DNA of 64,000 nt from Planctomycetota bacterium (GCA_046290465.1 JBKAGP010000001.1:3632270-3696269); one strand, 5' to 3'. Numbered from the stretch's first letter, positions 40,695 through 50,991 are shown. The notes: generated by a model from the letters alone, not told the origin. Program-made: numbers and translations.

Positions 40695-41786
40695 ATGACC
40701 CACCACCTACTGCGATCCACTCTCGGCGCTGCCCTGCTCGCATCGCCACTCCTTGCCCAGCAGGATGCGCGCGACCTCCATCAGAAGCTCGTCGAAGAGC
40801 ACGTCGCAGCGAAGCTGGCACGTTCTGCCGAGTCGACGCGCATCCGGCAGTCCGCGGCCTACAGGCAAGCCGTCGAAACCGGCGACTTCGACGGCAGCCG
40901 CAAGCTCCTCGCGAAGCTGCCCGACACCGAAGCGGCCATGCGTCCCAGGTTCGAGGCTGCGCGCGCCAGGTTCAAAGGCACACCGGGCGAGGCCTGGTTC
41001 CTCGCCTGGCTGCTCGACAACGTCATGCCGCCGCGTGGCCAGCCAAGCCCGTATGCGCAGCAGCTGCTCGAGCGGCACGCGGACCACGAGATCTGGAAGA
41101 CCCTCGCGCCGAACGCCCGCTACTTCTTCGGCAAGGACCCGAGTGAGGCCCTCGCCACCCTGCTCGCCAAGACGCCGTTCGACGAAGTGCGGGTGTGGGT
41201 GCGCTACGGCCAGGCACGCACCAGGCTTCGCTCGAAGTCCACGAGCGAGGAACAACGAAAGCTCGCGCAAGCTGAGCTGGACCGCATCGTGCGCGAGCAC
41301 CCCGACAGCATCCCCGCGATGACGATCGCTGCGCCGCAGTTCCAGAAGGAGCACCTCCAGGTCGGCATGAAGGCGCCGGACATCGAGGGCGTCGACCTGG
41401 ACGGCAAGGCGTTTCGACTGACGGACTACCGCGGCAAGGTCGTGTTGCTCGACTTCTGGGGCGATTGGTGAGGCCCGTGCCGGGCCATGTACCCCCACGA
41501 GCGGTCGCTCGTGCAGAAGTGGAAGGACCAGCCGTTCGCCCTGATCGGCGTCAACTCGGATGCCAACCTCGCCTACGCCAAGGCTCGCGTTCGACAGGAG
41601 CAGATCAACTGGCGTTCGTTCTGGAACGGCCCGCTCGGGACGTCGGGACCGATCTCCAGCCGGTGGGGCGTGCGCGCCTGGCCGACGCTGTACGTCCTGG
41701 ATCACGAGGGAGTGATCCGGTCGATCGATCCACGCGGTGAGGCGTTGGATGATGTTCTGACGGAGCTGATCGGGCGGGCGCGTTAG
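40695..41786 (+). CDS. candidate selenoprotein: secreted TlpA/ResA-like thioredoxin-fold thiol-disulfide oxidoreductase with in-frame UGA (41469-41471) at the first redox-motif position (W-U-G-P-C), fused to an N-terminal helical domain
   Basis: ORF 40695..41471 ends ..VVLLDFWGDW-TGA. The same frame continues GPCRAMYPHE..ALIGVNSD..WPTLYVLDHEGVI.. to 41786. This matches the TlpA pattern LLDFWATWCGPC..P.L..G.SLD..WP.T.FLID..G.I exactly, with TGA in the Cys column. A hairpin cacgagc-GGUC-gctcgtg lies 27-44 nt downstream of the UGA. Confidence 0.6.
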
Positions 41787-41939
41787 GGCGCGGCGCTGGT
41801 GTGCCATTGCGACGATTGCGGCACCAGGCCAGCCAACTGTCGGGCGGACGACGCCTCGTCTGCGCCGGCGCGGCGGTGATGTGACCCGCGGCGCCAGCTC
41901 CGCAAGCGGCACGCCCACACCGACGGTCCGCCGCCACCC

Positions 41940-43862
41940 TCAGAACACCCGGAACGTCGTCGGCTCGGCCAGATAGGCAGCGCCAGCAGCCCGCAGGAAC
42001 AGCGGCTGCACGAACCACTCGCTGCCCGCGAACACCGGCAGCGCCGGGATCGTGACCGTGAAGTCGAGGGTGTGCCCGGCACCGGACTGGCCATACAGCG
42101 CGAGCGACGTCGCTGCCGGATCGAGCCATAGCTGGCCGAACGGCGGCAGGTTGATCCCGGCGGGTGCCCGCGGGCCGAAGCCGACCAGCGCGAACTCGCC
42201 GCTGTCGAGAAGCAGCTGATGACGCAGCGCCGAGCCGCGGCCGATCGCGACCAGGTCGTGCGGCAGACCCTGCCACGACGTGTGCTCGCCGAACTCCGAG
42301 AACATGTGCAGCCGGGACGCCGTTCGCGCCCATGCAAACTGGCGCCAGACGCCGCGATCGAGCACCGGCTCGGACGTCACCCGTTCTCCGACACGGCCCG
42401 TTCTCGCCGAGTAGCCGAGGAGGCGGTTGCCCTCCTGTGCGAGCAGCACCGAACTGGCCCAACCCACCGACGAGACCTCGGGCGCCCGGGAACCGACCGC
42501 GATCGGCACGGCCAGCCAGCGCGAACGCGCCGCGTCGAACACGTGCATCGTCGTGGCGTCGTAGGCGGCGAGCGCCGTCGAGAGCCCGTAGACCAGCTGC
42601 AGGCCCGGCATCGCCAGCGGCACGAACGCCCCGTCGTGCGCCGAGAAGCCGACCAGTCCGCCGCTGGTCGACAGGATCGCACCGTTGTCGCCGAAGGACC
42701 ACGGCGACTGCGCGCCGGCAGGCGCGGGATACCACTGCCCGGTGAGCCCACTGAACAGCCACATCTGCCCGCTGGAGTCGGTGCCCACCGCGACGTGGTC
42801 GCCGCCAACCGAACCCGTGCCCGGCGGCGTGCCGGGAAGCGGCGTCAGCTGGTTGGTGACCGCACTGAAGCCGAGCGTCGTGCCGCCGTCCTGGAACATG
42901 CCAACCGTCACCCCACCGACGTTGCCGGTGGCGCCCGCCGGCAACGGAACCCAGCTGCCACCGGTGCCGATCACGTGCATCGGCTGCCCGGCCGCGGCTC
43001 CGCGCACCAGCATCCCCGACAGCTCGTAGCCCGGACTGTTGCCGAACGTGTAGGTGGGATACGGCGTCTGCGCGAACTGGCCGTTGAGTCCGCAGTAGAC
43101 CGCGCCGCGGTATTGGATCAGGTCGGAGCGATCGTTCTCGACGATCGTTCCGCCCGACAGGTTGGTGGCCACCGGCAGCACGTCGAGCACGCCGCGCTGC
43201 GCCGAGAACCCGATGGTCTCGTTGGCGAACAGGAGCATCGCCGACCCGCCGTTGACGCGCACCCTGAGCGCGCCCGGCCGCGCCGGCAGGTCGTGCCATT
43301 GGCTTCGGAACGCGTCGAAGATCGCAGCCCCCTCGGTCGGCCCGCTGTAGGTCGAGTCGGCGAACACGCAGATGCGATCGTGCAGGGACATCGACCAGGT
43401 CGCCGGCACTGCGTGTGTCGACCAGGTGCCGGTGTAGGCCGAGAACACGTGCGCGGTGTCGTTGTGACGCACCACGAACAGGCCCGCCGAGATGTCCCAG
43501 GTCGAAGCCGAGAACGGCACCAACTGGGTCGCAAACGTGCCGCGGAACGGCGAGAACGCGGTCCAGCGATCCGACTCGGGCACGGCGACCAGATGGTCCT
43601 CGATCTGCTGGGACGTGCCGAAGCTCGGAGCGTGTGCGTACCACTGCCGCGTGATCGCCGAGTAGACACGCATGTAGAGGCCGTCGCGATACACGGCCAC
43701 GGTGGCGCCGCGCGTGAACTTCGCCGGATCGACCCCGCCCGGCGGGGACAGCGTGGCCCACGACGAAGGCGACTGGGCAAGGCCTGGGGTCGCGCTGCAC
43801 ATGGCGGCGATCGACAGACACACGGCGAGCCACGTGGCGCGCTGGCAGATTGCATTCTTCAT
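41940..43862 (-). CDS. hypothetical secreted repeat protein (W/Y-rich beta-rich repeats)
   Basis: Start taken at MKNAICQRATWLAVCLSIAAMCSATPGLAQS. Recurrent Y/F-S-A/G-x-T-G-x-W motifs. The overlapping alternative-frame ORF 41605..44103 is rejected. Confidence 0.6.
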   Translation of the reverse strand: MKNAICQRATWLAVCLSIAAMCSATPGLAQSPSSWATLSPPGGVDPAKFTRGATVAVYRDGLYMRVYSAITRQWYAHAPSFGTSQQIEDHLVAVPESDRWTAFSPFRGTFATQLVPFSASTWDISAGLFVVRHNDTAHVFSAYTGTWSTHAVPATWSMSLHDRICVFADSTYSGPTEGAAIFDAFRSQWHDLPARPGALRVRVNGGSAMLLFANETIGFSAQRGVLDVLPVATNLSGGTIVENDRSDLIQYRGAVYCGLNGQFAQTPYPTYTFGNSPGYELSGMLVRGAAAGQPMHVIGTGGSWVPLPAGATGNVGGVTVGMFQDGGTTLGFSAVTNQLTPLPGTPPGTGSVGGDHVAVGTDSSGQMWLFSGLTGQWYPAPAGAQSPWSFGDNGAILSTSGGLVGFSAHDGAFVPLAMPGLQLVYGLSTALAAYDATTMHVFDAARSRWLAVPIAVGSRAPEVSSVGWASSVLLAQEGNRLLGYSARTGRVGERVTSEPVLDRGVWRQFAWARTASRLHMFSEFGEHTSWQGLPHDLVAIGRGSALRHQLLLDSGEFALVGFGPRAPAGINLPPFGQLWLDPAATSLALYGQSGAGHTLDFTVTIPALPVFAGSEWFVQPLFLRAAGAAYLAEPTTFRVF

Positions 43863-43999
43863 GACTCTCCTCGGGTGGGGCTGCGCAGCATATCCGATGT
43901 AACGCGTCCCGCAGGTCGATGGCTCCGCCGGGCGATAGCAGGGTGCCCTGGCCGGGTAGTTCCCGACCCAGTGCGCCAGGTCCCTGCGTAACGGTTGCT

Positions 44000-45724
44000 G
44001 CAATGACCACGACCCACGCCCCATTGCTGCCGATCCTCGCGATCCTGACCCTGGTCGCCGGCATGCCATCCCAGAGCTGGCTTCCTGCGAGCCCGCTGCC
44101 CAACTGGAATGCGCCGACCTCGGTTACGACGCTCGCCTACGACCCGGCGCGCAGTCCGACCCAGAACGGCGCCGACCTGCACGTTGCGCTCGGCGCGCTG
44201 CAGCCGGGTGACGGCCTCGCGATCGGCCCGGGCACGTGGTCGGTGCCCTTCCGGCTCGACCTGTCCATCCAGGCGACGGCGAGCCAGCCGGTGTGGGTAT
44301 TCGCGAGCGACCCGAACGACCGGCCGGTGATCACGCGACCCGACAACCAGCAGAACTGCCTCAACGTCGGCAGCCTCGGCGTATCGCGTTTCCTGGTGCT
44401 GCGCGATCTCGAGTTTACCGGCGGCAGCGACCTGATCCGCATCTACGACGGCTCGTCGACGTGGATCGACGGCTGCTACCTGCACGATGGCGACGGGGTC
44501 GGCATTGCCGTGCAGACCCAATCCTGCACACACCTGTATGTGACGCGCAACGAGATCGCGCGGCCAGGCCCCGGCAATGGCGAGGCGATCTACCTCGGCG
44601 GCAACTTCGGCTCGCTGCAGGTCACCGACTCGGTGGTCGCGTTCAACCATGTGCACGACACGCGCATGGCGGTGCCGGGTCAGGGCGACGGCATCGAGCT
44701 CAAGCAGGGCAGCACCCGCAACTGGATCGCGTGGAACCACGTGCACGACTGCAAGAACCCGTGCATCCTCGTCTACGGCACCGGCGGCGTCGACGAGAAC
44801 GTGGTCGAGGGCAACCTGTGCTACGACAGTGACGATGTCGTGCTACAGGTGCAGGGCGAGGCGATCGTGCGCAACAACGTCGCCATCGGCGGCTCGCGCG
44901 CGTTCACCAGCTTTGACCACCAGGGCATCTCGCAGCACCTGCAGCTGCTGCACAATACGTTCGTCAACGTCGGCCGCGCGTGCGAACTGAGCCGCTGGGG
45001 CGGCAGACCGGGCATGGTGTTCGCAAACAACGCCTGCTACAGCACCAGCGCGGACAGCCTCTACTATGGCATCGGCGACCAGGGCGTGCTCGCGGCCGGC
45101 AACGTGCTGTTCGGCCCCAGCAACCAGACGGGCACGGGCTATCGGAGCGGCGCCGGGCTGAGTGACTTCGTCGCCGTCGATCCGGCGACCTTTCTGACCG
45201 ACGCGCGACCGCGTCGGGGCGGTGCGCTCGACAACGTCGGGGATCCGGAGTTCGCGCTGCCGCTGGACCTCACGCTGACCGCGCGCCGCCTGCCCGTCGA
45301 TCCTGGCGCACGCCGCAGCTTGCCAACCCTGCTCGCCGACGTCGCGACGATTCCGGCTGCGACCGGTGGCGTGCAGACGCTGCAGCTTGCCCTCGGTGCC
45401 GGCTACGCCAACCAAACCCACGTACTCGCCGCGAGCACCAGCGGCACGATGCCGCTCGGCACACCGGCCCTGCTCGAGTTCGCCGGCTTCCACCTGCCGC
45501 TGGTGCCGGACTGGCTGTTCGTGCAAGCGATCACCGGCCAGGCGCCCAACGCGCTCCCGGGCGGCATCGGCACGCTCGACGCGCAGGGCCGGACCACGGC
45601 GCGAGTCGTCGTGCCGGCACTCGGCCCGGCCGCGGCCGGCCTGACCATCACGGCCTGCATGGCCAGCATGCAGGGCGGCGTGGTCACGCATGTCAGCAAT
45701 ACGGTGACGTTGACGCTGCAGTGA
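44000..45724 (+). CDS. right-handed parallel beta-helix repeat protein (pectate-lyase-like fold), secreted
   Basis: Signal peptide MTTTHAPLLPILAILTLVAG. Repeated coils of the form ..I.I.G..N..V.GN. with Asn/Gly ladders. Confidence 0.65.
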   Translation, partial: AMTTTHAPLLPILAILTLVAGMPSQSWLPASPLPNWNAPTSVTTLAYDPARSPTQNGADLHVALGALQPGDGLAIGPGTWSVPFRLDLSIQATASQPVWVFASDPNDRPVITRPDNQQNCLNVGSLGVSRFLVLRDLEFTGGSDLIRIYDGSSTWIDGCYLHDGDGVGIAVQTQSCTHLYVTRNEIARPGPGNGEAIYLGGNFGSLQVTDSVVAFNHVHDTRMAVPGQGDGIELKQGSTRNWIAWNHVHDCKNPCILVYGTGGVDENVVEGNLCYDSDDVVLQVQGEAIVRNNVAIGGSRAFTSFDHQGISQHLQLLHNTFVNVGRACELSRWGGRPGMVFANNACYSTSADSLYYGIGDQGVLAAGNVLFGPSNQTGTGYRSGAGLSDFVAVDPATFLTDARPRRGGALDNVGDPEFALPLDLTLTARRLPVDPGARRSLPTLLADVATIPAATGGVQTLQLALGAGYANQTHVLAASTSGTMPLGTPALLEFAGFHLPLVPDWLFVQAITGQAPNALPGGIGTLDAQGRTTARVVVPALGPAAAGLTITACMASMQGGVVTHVSNTVTLTLQ

Positions 45725-46000
45725 GCTGGGGCGGGGCGGCGATCCAACTCGGGCCACCGCTGCAAGCGGGCGAGCGCCTCAACCATCGCGTCGAGGGCGT
45801 TGTCGAAGCCGTCTCCATGAACGGCTCGCTCCGATCGACCCATTGCGCATCAAGCTGCGAACCGTCTCGGTTGCACCTGGCGTGGGTTGCGGCTCAGAAG
45901 CACGAGCGCGACGCAGAACCATGTCGTCTCACCGCCTGTCACGCTGAGCTTCGGCACAACGCGTCGACAGTTGCTGCGTGTCGTTGCGCAGCCTGGCTAG

Positions 46001-46507
46001 CTAGGCGAGGACAGGCGTACTCCGCCCCTGTCGCGTTTTCGACCGCGGCGCAATAGTCACCGCCAACGCTCCTTCGCCAAGCGCCAGACTCCACTGGCAC
46101 CCCCGCCTCGACACGGCCACGTAGCGGAACGACTGCGGCGGCATGAAGCCTGCCCAGGAGTCCCGAATTCGGGAGAGGGGAACTCCCAACTTGAAGCGCC
46201 ACGCTCTCGCCACCGTGAGCGCGACAGCCTTCTTTGACCCTTGATAGTAATCTCGAAAACCGCTTCTGGATATCGCCGCACGCCCCCCAAATCGGCTCCA
46301 AATCGCGCTTGGTGCGCCAGTCACGATCTCCCCAACACGGAACGCACCCTCTAACGAGCGGACGCTACCCGTCGCGTAGACGAGAACTAGGCAGCCAGAC
46401 TCAATCCGCGGCTGCGTGCGCCGCAACTCCACGGTCTTGGTCCCTTCGATGATGGCCTCGGCATAGCGAGGCGACAGAGAGAGAAGCAGGGCACGTTCAC
46501 CGCTCAT
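46001..46507 (-). CDS. ASCH-domain (PUA-like) protein, on a low-GC island
   Basis: ALLLSLSPRYAEAIIEGTKTVELRR..LVYATG matches the ASCH N-terminal beta-barrel pattern. Start at ATG 46507, 12 nt downstream of the GNAT gene stop. GC about 58%. Confidence 0.5.
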   Translation of the reverse strand: MSGERALLLSLSPRYAEAIIEGTKTVELRRTQPRIESGCLVLVYATGSVRSLEGAFRVGEIVTGAPSAIWSRFGGRAAISRSGFRDYYQGSKKAVALTVARAWRFKLGVPLSRIRDSWAGFMPPQSFRYVAVSRRGCQWSLALGEGALAVTIAPRSKTRQGRSTPVLA

Positions 46508-46518
46508 GAGGACTGCGC

Positions 46519-48540
46519 TCAAGCGCGCTGGTAGAGATCGAAGAAGATCTCGCTCGAGATTTGCAGAGGACTCTGCAGATTGTTGCGTGAGCAGCCGTGA
46601 TTCTCCAGGATGCATTGGACTTCGCCGAAGTCGACTGGGCGCAATAACTCCGTGTGCGAGAAGCGACACGCCATTATCAATGCACCTTCGTCGCCATGAG
46701 CAGTCTCAAGGACCTGCTCCCAGCTGTAGACGCCAAGTCTCTTGAATTGTTTGAAGAGAACACTTGGCTTGTCGATCTGCACATCCTCAAGAAGCGACGC
46801 CGCTCGAATACTGCGTGGTCCCCTACTTACATACCAGAGAAGGCGCGCCGGCGCCTTGATCCCCGTCCTAGCAGATCGGTAGTAGACATTCTCCAATGCA
46901 AATGCCAGCTCCGGCGGCACACCGAAGAGTGAATCTGCACCGAGGCGAGTCTCAAACATCGACTCCGCCCACCTCGACTGGATCGGAACAATCCAGTTGT
47001 CGATCGACAAATCCCTGAGCTTGCACGGCCAATAGGTCTTTTCCATCTGAAGAGATGGATCATTGTCCATTTCCGTCATCGCAGCGACAGGGGGAGATGC
47101 CTCTTGGAGCATCGAGCGCGCGCTTTGCGCAATGCTTGAGGCGAAGTTCGATTCATGGACCAGGCACTTCCACCAGGATCTCTCCGACCGCGAGAACCCG
47201 GCGTCTCGGAGGGCTGCCACGCTGCTATGGCAAAGCTTGGAATCCGTCACCTGAACCACATGAGAGCCCATCGTGGAAATCAATCCCATGACAGCTCTTC
47301 GAGCGACAGTCGGAGCCAACGGCGAACTACTGACCCGGAAAACAGTCACATCGAGCGATCTACTTCCAATCCCCCTCCAGCCCACGAGCATGATGGGGCT
47401 ACCGCGAGCGTCGGAGATCTGCTGCAACCTCGCTGTGCGTGCAGAGGACAACAGTCCGGTGATGGCCCGTCGCAACTCGTATTTCTTCTCGCCAAGGTCC
47501 GTCCGAAGGAACGGGGAGACGTGCACGCTCTCGTCCAACTGACTCGGACGCGCAACGCGCATCAATGAGGACTCGAACCTCGCCGGCTCGTAGTCGGCTT
47601 CATTCCCAGCTCTGTCGATCGTGGCGATCAACTCTGAAGGCCGCAGAACCTTAACTCCGAACTCCCTATCGATCTCCTCTCGCCACTTAAGCACTGCTTC
47701 GTCGCGCGTAGCGAAGAACTTTGCACCGCCCGCCACCACGTGAGCAATGTGACGCCGATCCGAATGATCGTTCCTAGTCCTCCCCGGGCCGATCAAACCT
47801 TGAACTCGCTTGAGGGCCTTGTCGAAGTCAGCTCCATCGCCCTCCGTGACTTCGAAGTCCCTTGCTCGAGCCTCGTGGTGTTTGCGCCGCCCCTTGTCCC
47901 GACCTCGACTGATCTCGACGTCGATTTCGGGCGTTAGCGACAACTTGATGAAGTCGGATAGCCAGTCTTCAAGTAGAGCCTCCGATTCGTGGGAATCCGA
48001 CGACACGCGGACAAAATCATAAAATACTTGCGCATCAATCGCCGCGACTGGAAGCACCTGCTGCGCATCGACACCATCGAACAGACTGGATCCGGATATA
48101 TGGTAACGCCATATCGTTAGCGGCTTCCGATCCCTCCCTCGCCCAACGGCATCACCGGCACGTCGAAATCCAAGCTGTGGCCACACGTCGTTCTCTTCAT
48201 AGTCATTACGGCAGCGAACGCGTATCGAAGACAGATGGCGTGCTCTCTGTTTGAGTTCGTCGAACAGCGCGCGAGCGACACCCTCGCCTCGAAACCGTTT
48301 GTCGACGCAAAGGTGAGCAATGACCGCCGTCTCTGACCGCCGGTTTACTCGATACATGAGGTAGCCGGCGAGTGCGCTGTCATCAGGCAAGCTCGCTACA
48401 ACGATCGTGCGTTGATTGGCCTCGAACGCCCCTCTCGGCATGAATCCGAGTGTCGACTTGTTCGAGTCTCCCAGCTTGATGACCGCCTCGAGTAGGCGAC
48501 AACGGTCGCTGAGCCCTCCCACCACTAGTCCTTCTACCAT
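46519..48540 (-). CDS. 673-aa GNAT-family N-acetyltransferase fusion protein with a long C-terminal region of unknown function (possible PIN-like and PUA/EVE-like segments), on a low-GC island
   Basis: GNAT motif A block YLMYRVNRRSETAVIAHLCVDKRFRGEGVARALFDEL (acetyl-CoA-binding R/Q-x-x-G-x-G/A). GC about 50-52% and A/T-ending codons against roughly 70% flanks. Confidence 0.55.
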   Translation of the reverse strand: MVEGLVVGGLSDRCRLLEAVIKLGDSNKSTLGFMPRGAFEANQRTIVVASLPDDSALAGYLMYRVNRRSETAVIAHLCVDKRFRGEGVARALFDELKQRARHLSSIRVRCRNDYEENDVWPQLGFRRAGDAVGRGRDRKPLTIWRYHISGSSLFDGVDAQQVLPVAAIDAQVFYDFVRVSSDSHESEALLEDWLSDFIKLSLTPEIDVEISRGRDKGRRKHHEARARDFEVTEGDGADFDKALKRVQGLIGPGRTRNDHSDRRHIAHVVAGGAKFFATRDEAVLKWREEIDREFGVKVLRPSELIATIDRAGNEADYEPARFESSLMRVARPSQLDESVHVSPFLRTDLGEKKYELRRAITGLLSSARTARLQQISDARGSPIMLVGWRGIGSRSLDVTVFRVSSSPLAPTVARRAVMGLISTMGSHVVQVTDSKLCHSSVAALRDAGFSRSERSWWKCLVHESNFASSIAQSARSMLQEASPPVAAMTEMDNDPSLQMEKTYWPCKLRDLSIDNWIVPIQSRWAESMFETRLGADSLFGVPPELAFALENVYYRSARTGIKAPARLLWYVSRGPRSIRAASLLEDVQIDKPSVLFKQFKRLGVYSWEQVLETAHGDEGALIMACRFSHTELLRPVDFGEVQCILENHGCSRNNLQSPLQISSEIFFDLYQRA

Positions 48541-48890
48541 CGCCGGAGCATGGTATTAGCACAGGGAGACTCTGAGCGCCACAAGTCCAGGGATGGTTGA
48601 GCTTCCGCGGACAAGGGAACCTCACGCGGCGCCGCGCTGCTTCGAAGCGCCCGCGCCAACTCGCCACGTGATGTCAAGCACGTCCCTGATGCGCTTCATC
48701 GCCGACTCAGCAACATGGCGTCATCTCACCCAAAGCTCGCAATCTGTTCGGCGCGATACGGTGTGGCAACTCCTGGACGTCCAACTAAAAAGACGGGCTT
48801 AGAAGGCGGTTGCACGACCCGATCGCAAAGCAGCGATGGCCGCACTGCGAGTTCGGGCTCTCCTAGACCCCCGAATTCAGACAACAAGAA

Positions 48891-48967
<77 letters not shown>

Positions 48968-49005
48968 CGACCGGGCGCACAGTCTACCGAGCCGACACCG
49001 CTGTT

Positions 49006-49467
49006 CTAGCCGTCACCTTCCGTCGTCGAATCCGGCTTCGAGGCCCGTGGGATCTCCGGAGCATCCAGTGGCGTGTAGTCGAAGCTGGTGACCGGGTTGG
49101 GCTGGTCGATCCAGGCGCGGCGGAAGGTCCAGTCGAGCAGGTCGGCGGGGGCGCCGAAGAGGGCGTGGCAGCCGGCGGCGAGGCCGGTAGCGGGGAACAT
49201 GATCAGCTCGTCCTTGCTGTGCTCGCCGAGGCCTTCGTCGCAGAGTTCGCTCAGCGGCCAAGTGATCGGCAGCAGCGCGACCGACGCGACGCCGCCGACG
49301 ATGCCGCCGATCCAGCCGCCGACGCCGGCGGTCGTGCGCACCCAGGCAGGGCGGCCGAACTCCGGCGGCGGGCTGCTGTCGCCGAGCTGCTCGATCGTGT
49401 TCGGGATCGAGCAGGCGCCGAAGAACAGGACCGGCAACAGGGACCAGCGGGACAGCCGTCGCGTCAT
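49006..49467 (-). CDS. hypothetical lipoprotein
   Basis: MTRRLSRWSLLPVLFFGAC lipobox. Gly-rich TM-like segment GVGGWIGGIVGGVASVALL. Confidence 0.5.
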   Translation of the reverse strand: MTRRLSRWSLLPVLFFGACSIPNTIEQLGDSSPPPEFGRPAWVRTTAGVGGWIGGIVGGVASVALLPITWPLSELCDEGLGEHSKDELIMFPATGLAAGCHALFGAPADLLDWTFRRAWIDQPNPVTSFDYTPLDAPEIPRASKPDSTTEGDG

Positions 49468-49504
49468 GCGCGCATGGTAGCAGGCCGGCCCGGTGGCGCC
49501 CCGC

Positions 49505-50371
49505 CTACTTGCCGTTCTTGCGACGGTGCTCGTCCAGGCGAACGGCATCGCCGGCGGCGTCGTGCTTGTCGTCGAGCGCCCGCTGCAGGGCCTTGCGGGC
49601 GCTCATGCGCTGGCAGGCGCGGCGCAGGCGCTCGGCGACGATCGGGTCGCCGTCCTCGTGCTCGCGCACCAGCTTCTCGGCGTGCTCGATCACGAAGCCG
49701 GCGGACTCGAGGTCGCCCTTGACGATCCAGGCCTTGGCCAGGAAGTCCGCCGCGTCGATCGCCTGCCGCGGCGACGGCGCCGACTCGAGCGCCGCCTGGA
49801 ACCGGGCGATCGCCGCGTCGATCTTGTCCTGGCTCTGCAGCATGCGCGCCATCCACAGACGCGCGCGCTGGGCGCGACTGGTCGCCGGGTCGACCTTCTC
49901 GGCGGCGGCGTAGGACTTCATCGCCTCCTCGAGGCGTTGCTGGCGGCGCTGCATGTCGGCGGCGCCGAGCAGGCCGCGCTGGCCGTACCGCGGTGCATCG
50001 CAGCTGGCCGCGTGCAGGTAGTCCTTCTCGGCGAGCAGCAGGCTGCCGTGGCGGCGCCACAGCTCGGCGGCCGACCATGCGGCGAGCGCCGCGGCCCGCG
50101 GCTCGGCTTCGAACCTCGCGACGCAGCGATCGAACGCCGACGCCGCCAGCTCGAGCGAACGCGCCCGCTCCGGCCCGTTCTTGCCGCGGCTGGCCTTGGC
50201 CAGCGCGCGCGCCTCGCCGATCGCGGCGCGCGCCGCGTCGCTGAGCTTGGGCGCGGTCGCGACCTTCTTGCTCGGCTCGTCGACCTTCGGCTCGACCTCC
50301 CCGGCCTGGGCGCACAGCGCCGCCACCGACAGCCAACCGACCAACAACATGCGAACGTCCTTCATCGTCAT
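49505..50371 (-). CDS. ECF-sigma-associated exported TPR-like protein (possible anti-sigma factor or co-regulated partner)
   Basis: ATG overlaps the stop of the ECF sigma gene (ATGA). Signal peptide/TM MTMKDVRMLLVGWLSVAALCAQA. Alpha-helical TPR-like repeats. Confidence 0.5.
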   Translation of the reverse strand: MTMKDVRMLLVGWLSVAALCAQAGEVEPKVDEPSKKVATAPKLSDAARAAIGEARALAKASRGKNGPERARSLELAASAFDRCVARFEAEPRAAALAAWSAAELWRRHGSLLLAEKDYLHAASCDAPRYGQRGLLGAADMQRRQQRLEEAMKSYAAAEKVDPATSRAQRARLWMARMLQSQDKIDAAIARFQAALESAPSPRQAIDAADFLAKAWIVKGDLESAGFVIEHAEKLVREHEDGDPIVAERLRRACQRMSARKALQRALDDKHDAAGDAVRLDEHRRKNGK

Positions 50372-50946
50372 CTCCGACCCTCCTCTTCTTCTCGATCGTC
50401 GAACCCGGCCGCACCGCGGACGAGTCCTTCCAACAGTCGCTGCACGCGTCGCCGCGCGCGGTGGATGCGGGTCTTGACGCACGCCTCGGTCCGACCGAAG
50501 CGGTGCGCAAGCTCCGCACAACAGAAGCCCTCGTGGAAGCCGAGCAGCAGGTGCTGGTCCAGCTCGGGCAGACGGTCCAGGACACGGTCGAGCCGATGCA
50601 CGGCCCAGCCGAGCGGCACGGTGCGGGCGCCGATGCGCAGCGAGGCCTCGTCGGGCACGCGCGCGATGGGATCGTCCACGCCGTCGTCGCCGAACGGCAC
50701 CAGCTGCAGCGGGCCGCGGTCTTTGCACTGCCGCAGCTTGCGCAGCCGCTGCCGACGCGTGATCGTGCGCACCGCTGCCAACAGCCGCGAAGTGCGGTCG
50801 AGTCGACCGACCCACTGCCAGGCCAGCACCGCCGCGTCCTGCGCGATCTCGTCGCGCAGCGCGCAGGTCATCGGATCGCGGAAGCGACGCAGGTAGTCCT
50901 GCGCCGCCGCCACAACCTCTCGCCATCGCTGCTCCCCCCGCTCCAT
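50368..50946 (-). CDS. ECF-type RNA polymerase sigma-70 factor
   Basis: Region 2 (..AAVLAWQWVGRLDR..) and region 4 HTH (LPELDQHLLLGFHEGFCCAELAHRFGRTEACVKTRIHRARRRV). Confidence 0.8.
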   Translation of the reverse strand: MERGEQRWREVVAAAQDYLRRFRDPMTCALRDEIAQDAAVLAWQWVGRLDRTSRLLAAVRTITRRQRLRKLRQCKDRGPLQLVPFGDDGVDDPIARVPDEASLRIGARTVPLGWAVHRLDRVLDRLPELDQHLLLGFHEGFCCAELAHRFGRTEACVKTRIHRARRRVQRLLEGLVRGAAGFDDREEEEGRR

Positions 50947-50991
50947 GCACGGGCTAGTGGCAGCGGGGCGCGCACAGTGCGCCTCGAAAAC

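Noticed and set aside
41469-41471. Reading TGA 41469-41471 as an ordinary stop, giving a truncated TlpA-like protein plus an independent small ORF 41487..41786
   Set aside because: Considered but disfavoured. The TGA falls in the catalytic Cys column, the downstream ORF is in the same frame and completes the thioredoxin fold, and a SECIS-like hairpin follows. The pseudogene reading stays open until Sec machinery is confirmed.
41605-44103. 832-aa minus-strand ORF overlapping the 41940..43862 gene in another frame
   Set aside because: The translation is Arg/Gly/Ala low-complexity. The 41940..44069 frame has a signal peptide and normal composition with recurring W/Y motifs.
45730-48890. Calling the low-GC island a defined integrative element with att sites
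   Set aside because: No integrase is present and only an 8-nt imperfect direct repeat was found. It is reported as an island by composition and tRNA adjacency only.
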